Assembly: GCA_027366115.1 (NCBI GenBank)
Contig: DAHXLH010000220.1
Span: 1 to 33,363, forward strand
DNA: 33,363 nucleotides
Source of the DNA: Phycisphaerales bacterium
GTDB lineage: Bacteria > Planctomycetota > Phycisphaerae > WQYP01
Direction: 5' to 3'
Below the pieces are notes generated by a model. It saw only the letters and a program-made list of their open reading frames with translations, was not told where the DNA came from and ran no database searches. Position numbers and translations under genes: made by a program. Every line of letters starts with the position of its first letter. Position 1 is the stretch's first letter. Below, piece after piece: positions 1-9,285 of the stretch.

Positions 1-278
1 GGTTACGGGTTACGGGACAGGCGACACAGGTGACATTGATCCGTGATCCGTGATCATTGATGCTGCTGTTTGAAAACCAAATAATGTGAGAGTAAAAAAT
101 AGGCGTGCGCGACTTTCCGGCGACAGCCTCTCTGCTGCTCCAACATTATTTGCTCTACTGTTCAACTCTCTCATGTCTACTGCTCTATCGGGCCACAGCG
201 CAATCGCTCTACATGGCCAACTTGGCCCCCTTGCCCTCCTAACTTGGCCACCTTGGCCCCTTTGGCCACCTTGACCTC
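1..278. repeat. Mosaic of short tandem repeats (7-, 8- and 9-nt units)
   Basis: GGTTACG x2 (1-16); ACAGGYGAC x2 (17-35); TGATCCG x2.7 (37-55); degenerate TGCTCTAC units (151-188, 205-212); about 7 degenerate CTTGGCCMC units (212-278). Confidence 0.85.
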
Positions 279-458
279 CATCCCTGATGAAAAATCGACA
301 TCCGCGTATGAACAGGGCGAAAGCCGTAAACGTAGGGTATTATGGTTGTCAGAGTCCCGGCGTGCACTGCACGGAAAAGAAAGTATCGGGGAGTGTCTTG
401 TCGGCGGAGGGAAATATCGGTAGAGTTTGCGTAGAAATAAAATCATTGCGGTGAATTG

Positions 459-2447
459 ATGAATAAGATGATGTTGGGTTTTCTGGCGGCCTTGGGCCTG
501 CTTGCGGCGGCCACGGGCCGCAGCGTACAGGCGGATTCATTTGAATCTCTGGGTAAGCCGCCGCCAGGATGTATGTTTGAAAATCAACTCAAGCCGGGCA
601 TGACAGGCTACGGCCTGACCGTCATGCACGGAGCGGACATCCAGAAATTTCATGTCAAAATTATTGATGTCGTCAAAGATTTCGGCCCGGACATGAATGT
701 TATTCTCGTGCGGTGCTGGGGATTGGGGTTGCGGCACTCGGGGATCATTGAAGGCATGAGCGGGTCACCGGTGTACATTGACGGTAAGCTCATCGGTGCC
801 ATTGCCTACGGATGGCATTATTCCAAGGACCCCATTGGTGGGGTGCAGCCGATCCGGCAGATGCTCCATATTCCGTTACCAAAACCGAATAAGAAAATGG
901 CCTGGCAGGGCGGCACCGGTTCCATGACATGGATGGAAAAATCGGCGGAAACGCGCAGGCTGCTGGGCTGGTCGGCGATGGTGCGGCATTTGTACGGCCG
1001 CGGTGCGGCAAACCAAGGCTCGATGATGCGCGTGGCGACAAAAGCCGCCGTGAAGTTACAGCCGTTGTCTTCTCCGCTGATGGTGGGCGGGGGATCAGGC
1101 AGTGTGATTCGCTATTTGCAGCATGCCTTTGGAGGCACCGGAATGGTACCGCTGGCGGCCGGTGCTGCGGGGGGTAATGGGGGAAAAGGGCAATTAGGTG
1201 GATTGGCCATGACACCGGCGGCGGCGATGAGGTTGCGCCCTGGGGCGGCCATCGCGGTACCGCTGCTTAATGGCGATATGGATATGTCCGCCATAGGGAC
1301 GGTCACGGATGTGGTTGATGGACATGTGTATGCCTTTGGCCATCGGTTTTTTGCACAAGGCCGCTCAACGCTACCGATTGCCGGCGCGTACATTTACACC
1401 ATTCTTCCGGATGTGGAAGCGTCCTTTAAACTCGGTGCCAGCTTTACCCGGCAGGGGCGACTGATTATGGATCAGGCGACGGGAATTGTGGGGCAATTGG
1501 GCAAACCGGCACCATCCGCACCGGTCACGATGACCATTGAATATCACAATCCATCATGGAAAAAGACCTTTCACTACAACCTGTTCCTTGATCCGCGCAC
1601 CAGTATGCAGGCTTTGGGCGGGGCACTGGTAGGCACATTGACCGCCAAACGTAAGGTGGTGGCCAAAACCGGAAATTACACCGTGCATGTGACGGGCGAA
1701 ATAAATTTTGCCGGTGCCAGGCTGCCGGTGGATAATTATTATACAACAGGCTTTTTTAAGCCCAGTAATGTGTTGATGCCCGCGGCGTTGTTGATGAATA
1801 ACCCATTTAAAGATTTGCAACTTAAAAGCGTGAAGTTGCATATTTCGGCCAGACCGGTAAACCGGGCGGCGGTGATAACCTCAGCGGTGGTCCGGCGGAT
1901 GACCGTAGATCCCGGGGGTATGATCCGTGTGCGTTTAACCATTAAACCTTTCCGTGGGTCGGAACATTATGTGTACCTGCATATACCGGTACCGTCTAAC
2001 ACGCCCGATGGCTCGTACACGCTGGTGGTTGGATCATCCGATTCGATTATTCAGCAGGAAATGACTTATTTTCCGCAGCGCTTTGCTCCGGCGAGTTTGA
2101 ACGGTTTAATTGCCGATATCAAACATCTCACGGGGTACAAAAATAACGCCGTGTATGGACAATTGGTCTTAAATATGCACGGCGTGGATCAGCAGCGCAA
2201 CGCCATGCCCAATCTTCCATTGAGCCGGGTTGCAATCATGGCGGAGAACCCGCCAGCCAATTTGTATCCGCTGTTTAATTCGGTCCAGCAAGTTGTTCCG
2301 GCGGGAGCCATTGTGGAGCAAGGCGGACAGCAATTCACCATTAAGGTCAGCCGGCACGCCAATGAGCGTTTCGTAAAACTTAAGCCGGCCGCAGCATTTC
2401 CGGGTATGCCGGGCATGCCGGGACCTATGGGTCCGCCGGCGCAGTAA
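459..2447 (+). CDS. Exported SpoIVB-like peptidase S55 domain protein
   Basis: Signal peptide MNKMMLGFLAALGLLAAA; LKPGMTGYGLTV; catalytic Ser motif GIIEGMSGSPVYIDGKLIGA; AIGTVT..VYAFGHRF; C-terminal beta-rich extension. ATG 459 preferred over TTG 456. Confidence 0.85.
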   Translation: MNKMMLGFLAALGLLAAATGRSVQADSFESLGKPPPGCMFENQLKPGMTGYGLTVMHGADIQKFHVKIIDVVKDFGPDMNVILVRCWGLGLRHSGIIEGMSGSPVYIDGKLIGAIAYGWHYSKDPIGGVQPIRQMLHIPLPKPNKKMAWQGGTGSMTWMEKSAETRRLLGWSAMVRHLYGRGAANQGSMMRVATKAAVKLQPLSSPLMVGGGSGSVIRYLQHAFGGTGMVPLAAGAAGGNGGKGQLGGLAMTPAAAMRLRPGAAIAVPLLNGDMDMSAIGTVTDVVDGHVYAFGHRFFAQGRSTLPIAGAYIYTILPDVEASFKLGASFTRQGRLIMDQATGIVGQLGKPAPSAPVTMTIEYHNPSWKKTFHYNLFLDPRTSMQALGGALVGTLTAKRKVVAKTGNYTVHVTGEINFAGARLPVDNYYTTGFFKPSNVLMPAALLMNNPFKDLQLKSVKLHISARPVNRAAVITSAVVRRMTVDPGGMIRVRLTIKPFRGSEHYVYLHIPVPSNTPDGSYTLVVGSSDSIIQQEMTYFPQRFAPASLNGLIADIKHLTGYKNNAVYGQLVLNMHGVDQQRNAMPNLPLSRVAIMAENPPANLYPLFNSVQQVVPAGAIVEQGGQQFTIKVSRHANERFVKLKPAAAFPGMPGMPGPMGPPAQ

Positions 2448-2534
2448 TTTTGCAATAAGATAATTGCCGGCCGGCTATGGGCACGAAACCGGCAAAGTAA
2501 GTAGTTTAAAAATCAGCAGGTAACTGGAGATTTC

Positions 2535-4757
2535 ATGTTTCAGAACGCAAAACTCAGTTTGAAAAAACTTCTGGTCCCGGCGGCGTTAGCGCTGCTGGCG
2601 GCAACGCCCAGCGCATGGGCCGTGCATCCGCAGAGCTGGAAATTCGCGGATGAAGCCGCCTACGCTTCCGGGCACTTTCATGGTGTCGTGGTCAACAATT
2701 ACGGCAATCTGGCGTTAAGCCGGCACTTGAAAGCCTTACTACCAAAAACCGGTTTTGATTTTATTAATGCTATTGCCGTATCTTCCCATGGAGATATCTG
2801 GTTTGGTACAAGCCCCAAGGGCCAGGTATACCGGATGGTTAATGGCAAACCGGTGGCCGAGTATGGGCCGCCCAAGGCATCGGATCAGGTGTTGTCCCTG
2901 GCCTTTGAGAAAAATGGGAAACTTCTGGTGGCCGCCTGCGGCAGCAAAGCCCAACTTGTGGAATTAACCCCCAACGCCGGCGGAAAAGCCACAGCCAGGA
3001 CGATATTTCAGAATTCGTCAGTCAAATACATCTGGTCCATTTTGCCGCTGCCGGATGGTTCTATTATTCTGGCCACCGGCCCCCACGGCCAAGTGTGGGA
3101 TATTTCACCGGGCGGGAAAGCGAAGATCCTCTTGAAAACCGGTGTGCACAATGTCACAAGTCTGGCCACTGCATCCGACGGTTCCGTGCTGGCCGGGACC
3201 GATGGCCCAGGACTTGTGATTCGAATCAATCCCAAAACCGGCAAATCGTATGTATTAATGTCCGCGAACCATGCGGAAATATACACGTTGGCGGTAGATG
3301 GCGATGGGGATATTTTTGCCGCAACGGCATCCCCCCACCGGGCGAAGCTGGATGGCGGCGTATTTAAACCCGTGCTGCACCCGAACGGACGGCCCGTTGC
3401 GGTTGGAAGCGGTATTCAACTGCCCGGCAAAAAGGGCAAGGCCGGTAAGAAGGCCCATGGTGCGGCCGCTGCGGGGGCGGTAAAACCAGGGGCGAAACGT
3501 ACACGCATACCCGGGCCATTTCCCTCCGCGGGCGGTGATGATTCGGCATCTACTGAACCTGCGGTAAAAAGCAATGTGGTCTATCAGATCAGCCCCAGCG
3601 GACGGGTTCGCGTGTTACTCAAGGTGCCGGATATGGTGCTTTCAATGATTTATGTCAAGCATCATCTGATTCTGGGTCTGGGCGGGCATGGGCGGTTGCT
3701 TTCGTATGATCCGTTCACACAGACCGAGACCCTGCTGGAACGGCTTAAGCAACAAGACCTGTTGAGCTTGGCGGAAACCGGTAACGACCGATTGCTCATT
3801 GGCACAGCTAATCAAGGGCAGATTTATCAATTAACATCCCAGGCTCAGCTTACGGGTAATTATGTCAGTAAGGTGCTGGACGCCAAACTGCCCAGCAACT
3901 GGGGGGCGGCGCATATTATCGCCAAAGTGCCGGCCGGTGCGGCGGTGGATATTCAGACGCGCAGCGGCAACGTGCGGGACGTGAAGACCTCCGCGAAGTT
4001 CTGGAGCCGCTGGACATCCTGGATACCGGCCAACAGTTACCGGAAAATTTCAAGCCCGCCGGCGCGATTTTTACAATTCCGCCTGCGGCTTAAACGCAGC
4101 GCCAAAGGGGCTTCGCCGATTATTCGGTCCACATGTATCAGCTATCAGCACATCAGCGTGCCGCCGGTGCTTAGCAGTGTGCAAACCCATTACCAGAGCA
4201 AACCCGCTCATGCGGTACTGGTGAAATGGAAGGCCAATGATCCGGACGGCGATACGCTGCAGTACACGGTGAAATACCGGCAGAAGGGGATTCCCGTCTG
4301 GATACGCATTGCGAAGAATATTTCCGCGCATCATTACCTTTGGCAGCTCGCCGGTATTCCCGATGGATATTATCGGGTGAAGGTTATTGCCTCAGATGCA
4401 CCGGACAATACGCCGAGCACTACGCAAAGTGTGGCCAGAGAATCCCGCCGCATTCTGGTGGATAACACCGCGCCCAGGATCGCGGACCTGAAATGGCGGC
4501 AGGCCGCGGATGGCCGCATTGTGGTAACCGGCGTGGCGTCGGATAAGCTTTCGCCAATAACGGCGGTAAGCCTCCAGGTGGATTCTTCAAAGAACTGGCG
4601 TCCGGCGGCAGCTTCTGCTACCATCTTTGATTCTCCGCTGGAAGGGTTCCACGGTAGAACAGGTGTGCTGACCGGTGGACCGCATCGAATTGTGGTAAAA
4701 GCGGTTGATGCCGCCGGGAACGAGGCCTACGCATCGGTGCTGGTAACGGTACATTGA
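2535..4757 (+). CDS. Exported beta-propeller protein with C-terminal FN3/Ig-like domains
   Basis: Signal peptide ending AWA; GGAG RBS; repeated blade motifs (IWFGTSPKGQVY, IILATGPHGQVW, VLAGTDGPGLV, LLIGTANQGQIY); FN3-like VKWKANDPDGDTLQY..IPDGYYRVKVIASD; VDNTAP; VKAVDAAGNE. Confidence 0.8.
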   Translation: MFQNAKLSLKKLLVPAALALLAATPSAWAVHPQSWKFADEAAYASGHFHGVVVNNYGNLALSRHLKALLPKTGFDFINAIAVSSHGDIWFGTSPKGQVYRMVNGKPVAEYGPPKASDQVLSLAFEKNGKLLVAACGSKAQLVELTPNAGGKATARTIFQNSSVKYIWSILPLPDGSIILATGPHGQVWDISPGGKAKILLKTGVHNVTSLATASDGSVLAGTDGPGLVIRINPKTGKSYVLMSANHAEIYTLAVDGDGDIFAATASPHRAKLDGGVFKPVLHPNGRPVAVGSGIQLPGKKGKAGKKAHGAAAAGAVKPGAKRTRIPGPFPSAGGDDSASTEPAVKSNVVYQISPSGRVRVLLKVPDMVLSMIYVKHHLILGLGGHGRLLSYDPFTQTETLLERLKQQDLLSLAETGNDRLLIGTANQGQIYQLTSQAQLTGNYVSKVLDAKLPSNWGAAHIIAKVPAGAAVDIQTRSGNVRDVKTSAKFWSRWTSWIPANSYRKISSPPARFLQFRLRLKRSAKGASPIIRSTCISYQHISVPPVLSSVQTHYQSKPAHAVLVKWKANDPDGDTLQYTVKYRQKGIPVWIRIAKNISAHHYLWQLAGIPDGYYRVKVIASDAPDNTPSTTQSVARESRRILVDNTAPRIADLKWRQAADGRIVVTGVASDKLSPITAVSLQVDSSKNWRPAAASATIFDSPLEGFHGRTGVLTGGPHRIVVKAVDAAGNEAYASVLVTVH

Positions 4758-4788
4758 TGCGGCAAAGATAATATTTTGGAGTTGAGTC

Positions 4789-4923
4789 GTGCATTATCCG
4801 CATAAAGTCAGCAATCGTAAGCGCGTGCGTAAAATCGGCTTCCGCGCCAGGATGAGGACCAAAAAGGGCCGGCAACTGATGAACCGCAAACGCCGCACCG
4901 GTCGCAGCGTCAATGTGGTATGA
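4789..4923 (+). CDS. rpmH: 50S ribosomal protein L34 (44 aa, GTG start, not in ORF track)
   Basis: Translates to MHYPHKVSNRKRVRKIGFRARMRTKKGRQLMNRKRRTGRSVNVV; L34 signature KR.R..GFR.RM.T..GR....R.R..GR; GGAG at 4778-4781. Confidence 0.95.
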   Translation: MHYPHKVSNRKRVRKIGFRARMRTKKGRQLMNRKRRTGRSVNVV

Positions 4924-4932
4924 TCAGGCTCT

Positions 4933-6843
4933 ATGAGCGATCAGCCATCTACGCGCCGCCCCAATCGTCTGATTGATTCCCGCAGTCCGTATCTTTTGCA
5001 ACATGCTTACAACCCTGTGGATTGGTATCCATGGAGCTTGGAAGCATTGGCGCTAGCTCGCGCGCGAAATCTTCCCATATTCCTATCCATCGGCTATTCG
5101 GCGTGCCACTGGTGCCATGTCATGGAGCGGGAGGTTTTTGAAAATCCACCCATTGCCCAGTATATGAATGAGCACTTCGTGAATATCAAAGTGGATCGGG
5201 AGCAACGCCCGGACCTTGACGAACTGTACATGCTGGCCACACAAATAATCACCGGCTCCGGCGGCTGGCCCATGAGCGTATGGCTTACGCCGGCCCTTAA
5301 AGCTTTCTACGCGGGCACCTATTTTCCGCCGAAAGATCAATACGGCCGGCCCGGCTTTCCTTCGGTACTCTCGGCCATCAGCAAGGCTTGGGGCAATCAA
5401 CGCGATCAGGTGCTCGAACAGGCGGACCAAATTGCCCGCACCATTTCTGGCCATCTGAACCGGGGCGACAAGGCCGATGCGGCCGTGGATGTTCCCGCCT
5501 GGGTGGCCGGTGCCTTGGAAGCGTGCAAAAATCGCATGGACTTAGCGCGGGGCGGTTTTAGTGGTGCCCCAAAATTTCCTCCGCATCAGACGTTACTCTT
5601 ATGGATTGTTCTGCTGGAGCAGCATGCGGCGGGCACGCTGAACGCCGCGATCAAACTATCCGATGAACTTACCCGGCAGGTTCGCACCTGGCTGACCATC
5701 ACACTGGACAATATGGCGGCCGGCGGAATTTATGATCAGATCGGCGGCGGATTTTCCCGCTACAGCACGGATGAACAATGGCTGGTTCCGCATTTTGAAA
5801 AAATGCTATACGACAATGCGCAGCTGTCGCTCATTTACGCCCGCGCGGGCGTACTATTGAAACAGAGTCATTACATCGAGATCGCACGAGAAACATTGGA
5901 TTTCTGGCTGCGTGACATGACGGCACCCGATGGACTATTTTTCAGCAGTTTGGACGCCGATAGCGAGGGTGAAGAGGGAAAATTTTATGTCTGGGACTTT
6001 GCGGAAATAGTGGCCGCCATTCCCGATCCTGCCGACCGTGCATTAGCCGGCGACTATTGGGACTTTTCTCCGGAAGGAAACTGGGAGGGGCGTAATATTG
6101 CCCGGGTTAAATCGGATATTACGCAGCTCGCAGCGCGGCTTGGACAGGCACCGGACGTGGTACAGGCACGTTTGCACAAAATCAAATTACACTTACGGAA
6201 AATCAGGTCCAAGCGAATTGCTCCACATTGCGATGATAAAATTCTCGCCGATTGGAACGGCCTGATGATTCAGGCGTTGGCGCAAGCCGCCGTGCTGATG
6301 AATGAACCGCGCTATTATCAGGCCGCGGCGCGGGCGGCATCGGCCATATTGTCTGTGCACAGCGATGGTGCGGGAAATATCCTGCATGTGAGCCGAGGCG
6401 GGCAGGCGGAAATTCCCGCATTTCTTCAGGATGAAGCGTGCATTGGGTTGGGGTTATGGTATCTGACGGCGGCAGCACGACATTTTGCGCCTCATGATAG
6501 CGCGGCATGGCTGGCGAGCGCCACGCGTTCCAGCGAAAATATTTCCACGGAATTTTTTCAGCGGCAAAGCGGAAAATTTTACATCTCCAGCGATCGCCAC
6601 GAGCAGCTATTTCTCCGCGTGCCCAGCGGCAGTGATAACGCTGTGCCGTCAGCCGCCGCCCTGGCCATAGACCTGCTGCTAAAAATCGATTCCGCATCGC
6701 CAAAAGCCGTTTATCACACAGCAGTAGCCCGAAGCCTGGCTGGAATGGCACCGCTTATTGAGCAGTATCCGCTGGCGTTTTCATCCATTTTATCGACCCT
6801 TGTTGAGCATCCTGAATATCTGTTAACGGCGGCACAAACTTGA
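4933..6843 (+). CDS. Thioredoxin-domain protein, YyaL/SSP411 (DUF255) family
   Basis: NRL...[82 protein letters not shown]. Confidence 0.93.
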   Translation: MSDQPSTRRPNRLIDSRSPYLLQHAYNPVDWYPWSLEALALARARNLPIFLSIGYSACHWCHVMEREVFENPPIAQYMNEHFVNIKVDREQRPDLDELYMLATQIITGSGGWPMSVWLTPALKAFYAGTYFPPKDQYGRPGFPSVLSAISKAWGNQRDQVLEQADQIARTISGHLNRGDKADAAVDVPAWVAGALEACKNRMDLARGGFSGAPKFPPHQTLLLWIVLLEQHAAGTLNAAIKLSDELTRQVRTWLTITLDNMAAGGIYDQIGGGFSRYSTDEQWLVPHFEKMLYDNAQLSLIYARAGVLLKQSHYIEIARETLDFWLRDMTAPDGLFFSSLDADSEGEEGKFYVWDFAEIVAAIPDPADRALAGDYWDFSPEGNWEGRNIARVKSDITQLAARLGQAPDVVQARLHKIKLHLRKIRSKRIAPHCDDKILADWNGLMIQALAQAAVLMNEPRYYQAAARAASAILSVHSDGAGNILHVSRGGQAEIPAFLQDEACIGLGLWYLTAAARHFAPHDSAAWLASATRSSENISTEFFQRQSGKFYISSDRHEQLFLRVPSGSDNAVPSAAALAIDLLLKIDSASPKAVYHTAVARSLAGMAPLIEQYPLAFSSILSTLVEHPEYLLTAAQT

Positions 6844-6962
6844 TCAGGCAATCGATAAGACTGTTTATTTTTCACTACCAATCCGCTTGGAAACATTTAA
6901 GAAAGCGCCTCGGATTGACCGATAATATCCATCTGGCGGCGCGTTCTGGACAGGATAAAACC

Positions 6963-7532
6963 ATGCCCGAGAGGCAACTGGATCTATTTACATTTCTGAA
7001 AACACCACGCATTACAAATAAGCCGCGGAAGGTGGTTAGCCCGGCCGTTTCCGAAAAAATTATCCAGCGCGAAAAACCAACCGTGTACCGATCCCTTTTA
7101 GATGTGCCATTCCGTGAGCACCATCGCTTTTACGACCAATTGGTGCAGGAGATGAAGTCCCAATACGGCATTTCAATTCGTAAATGGCGTTCCAGCATGA
7201 GCGGCGTGGCGTATGAACTCCATTACAACAACGGCGATGTTCGGCGAATGATTTCAGCTCCGCGCCCGCGATCCCCTGTCAGTGCGTGTATTTTCATGCA
7301 TGAGGTGGGCCATCACGCGGTGGGATTCAAAAAGTTTCGCCCCCGCTGTCTGGAGGAATACCATGTCTGGCAGTGGGCGTTCGAGCAGATGCGCAAGCGC
7401 GGCATTGCTGTGGATCGGCGTGTAGAGCGGCATTATCGGCGAAGCATGTACCATTATGTCCGGCTGGCCAAAAAACGCGGGCTGAAGGTTTTACCGCCGG
7501 TGCTGGAGCAATTTCACACTTGGCCCGGATAA
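6963..7532 (+). CDS. Small basic HEXXH zincin-like protein of unknown function
   Basis: FMHEVGHH followed by EEY (possible third ligand); Arg/Lys-rich; ATG 6963 follows AGGA, so it is preferred over 6840. Confidence 0.75.
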   Translation: MPERQLDLFTFLKTPRITNKPRKVVSPAVSEKIIQREKPTVYRSLLDVPFREHHRFYDQLVQEMKSQYGISIRKWRSSMSGVAYELHYNNGDVRRMISAPRPRSPVSACIFMHEVGHHAVGFKKFRPRCLEEYHVWQWAFEQMRKRGIAVDRRVERHYRRSMYHYVRLAKKRGLKVLPPVLEQFHTWPG

Positions 7533-7547
7533 TTCACCTTGATCCTG

Positions 7548-8690
7548 TCACGCGATAAACGTCTTACTTTTCTTACCGCTTAAATAACTTTCCATCACGC
7601 ACCCGGCAAGATTGTCGCCGGTGCAATAGAACGCCACACCTCGGCACAGGCGCGTAAGCTGATCAACAAACTCCACCCATTGCATATCCCAGTAATCTTC
7701 AATAAGGGCAAAACTCGCTACGCGAATACCCGCCCGGCTGCATGTCAGTGCCTCCCGGAGTGTCGCCAATGCGGTTTCCCGTCGCGGCGGATACAGAAGA
7801 TGCAGCATATCACCATCGACGTGGGCGGTAGGCTGGCCGTCGGTAATGATGAACATCTGCTTTTGTTCAGCGGGGCGAGAATTCAGTATTCGCCTTCCCA
7901 TCTGCATGCCCAATTGGAGATTCGTAAAGTGCTGATGGGTTTTTTCCGCCTGCGAAAGCGGAATATGCACTTCAATGTCATACTCATGCGTTGAAACGCG
8001 TTTGGGCATCAGCAGAGGCAGGCGTTGTTCAGGAACAACGGCCGCGGTGCTGTAAAATCCGACGATATCAACGGTATCCTGAGGAAAACGCTGGCGAACC
8101 AGAGCGGTCAGCGCCATGGCAACTTTTTTCGCCGCCAGAAATCGGCCGTAGCGCATCATACTGCCGGACATATCAATAAGGATACATAAGGCGCAGGTCG
8201 TAGAGCCTTCCAGGAGGTGCAATTCCAGATCATGCTCATTAAATTGGATCGGCAGGCCCGGCGCGTTGCCGGCGGCCACCGTGCGTGACATGGCATTACG
8301 CAGGGATTGCAACATATCCAGTTCGCTGATGGGGTCGCCAAACTGATATTTGCGTGTACCTTCCAGGCGTTCAGCACCGGCACCGGCGTTGGTGGTGGGA
8401 TGGCCGTCGCGGCTGCCGCGCGGCAGATGGGCAAAAATTTCCATCAACGCTTTGCGCTGCATGGCGTTGATGGCCCGTGGCGTAAGGCGGAATTTACCGG
8501 CGGCTTTCTCCAGCAGCCCGTCGTTGATCAATTGTTCAAGGATATCCGCATCCGCCGGTTGCAGTTTAGCCAACGCGTCAAGTGCCTGATCGCCGTAGGA
8601 GAGAATAAAATCGAAGATACTATCGGTAGCAAACAAGCTGTCGGGGGTGGGGAACTCCGAACCGTCAAATTCGCCGTAATTAAAAAGCAT
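7548..8690 (-). CDS. von Willebrand factor type A domain protein
   Basis: MIDAS motif LIDMSGSM, TNLQLG, IITDGQPT; upstream YQFGDP..LD...LRNA segment typical of vWA partners of AAA+ ATPases; start MLFNY after AGGA. Confidence 0.88.
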   Translation of the reverse strand: MLFNYGEFDGSEFPTPDSLFATDSIFDFILSYGDQALDALAKLQPADADILEQLINDGLLEKAAGKFRLTPRAINAMQRKALMEIFAHLPRGSRDGHPTTNAGAGAERLEGTRKYQFGDPISELDMLQSLRNAMSRTVAAGNAPGLPIQFNEHDLELHLLEGSTTCALCILIDMSGSMMRYGRFLAAKKVAMALTALVRQRFPQDTVDIVGFYSTAAVVPEQRLPLLMPKRVSTHEYDIEVHIPLSQAEKTHQHFTNLQLGMQMGRRILNSRPAEQKQMFIITDGQPTAHVDGDMLHLLYPPRRETALATLREALTCSRAGIRVASFALIEDYWDMQWVEFVDQLTRLCRGVAFYCTGDNLAGCVMESYLSGKKSKTFIA

Positions 8691-8835
8691 GGCACCGAAT
8701 CCTGCTATCAATCCAGCCCGTTGCCTAAAGCAGACAGGCGCTTACGGCATTATAGCCGCCCCTACCGGCGGGACGAAAAGGTCTATCGAAAATTCGGGTT
8801 TGCCCATTGCATGGTTGGAATGGATAATCATTGAT

Positions 8836-9276
8836 ATGGAACAGGCACAGGAAATCTTTAAGACATTTCTCCATGACCATGGGCAAAAATACACGGAAGA
8901 GCGGCGTGTCGTGCTGGAAGTCATTCAGAGCTTTGATCGCCCATTTGAAGCCGAGGAATTACTGCTGGCGCTGCGCCGACAACAGCACCGCGTCAGCAAG
9001 GCCACGGTGTACCGCACGCTTAAACATCTGGTGGAATGCCTGCTGGTGAACCAGATTTTCTTCGGTACCGGGAAGCAGAGTTATTATGATTTTGTCGGAA
9101 CGCAACGCGGCCACGACCATCTGGTGGATGTCCAAACCGGAAAAATTATCCCCTTTTCCAGCCCGGAAATCGCGGCCTTAAGAGATCGCATTGCCCAGGA
9201 AATGGGGTTTACGTCGGTCGCCCACCGCTTTCAGATACTTGGAAAGCCCATGGAAAATCAGCGCGGGGCGCATTGA
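8836..9276 (+). CDS. Fur-family transcriptional regulator
   Basis: KYTEERRVVLE, FEAEEL, VSKATVYRTL, HDHLVD..TGKII.F. The Fur fold begins at MEQAQ (8836). Confidence 0.9.
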   Translation: MEQAQEIFKTFLHDHGQKYTEERRVVLEVIQSFDRPFEAEELLLALRRQQHRVSKATVYRTLKHLVECLLVNQIFFGTGKQSYYDFVGTQRGHDHLVDVQTGKIIPFSSPEIAALRDRIAQEMGFTSVAHRFQILGKPMENQRGAH

Positions 9277-9285
9277 CGCAACCCA

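Noticed and set aside
1-16. GGTTACG repeats resembling a telomere
   Set aside because: Only two units, in a bacterial gene context; treated as part of the repeat mosaic.
212-278. Possible CRISPR array
   Set aside because: Units are 9 nt and contiguous with no spacers, and there are no cas genes.
86-446. Short ORFs 86..274 (+) and 177..446 (-)
   Set aside because: Their periodic sequences (WPPWPLWPP, KVAKGAKVAK) are by-products of the 9-nt DNA repeats; no RBS or domain is recognisable.
4921-6849. 9-bp direct repeat TGATCAGGC at both ends of the YyaL gene, as a possible target-site duplication
   Set aside because: Both copies include a TGA stop, so few bases are informative; there is no mobility gene or terminal inverted repeat.
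6898-6925. Sigma-28-like promoter TAAG-N16-ACCGATAA before the HEXXH gene
   Set aside because: Mismatches in both boxes and non-canonical spacing; too weak without TSS data.
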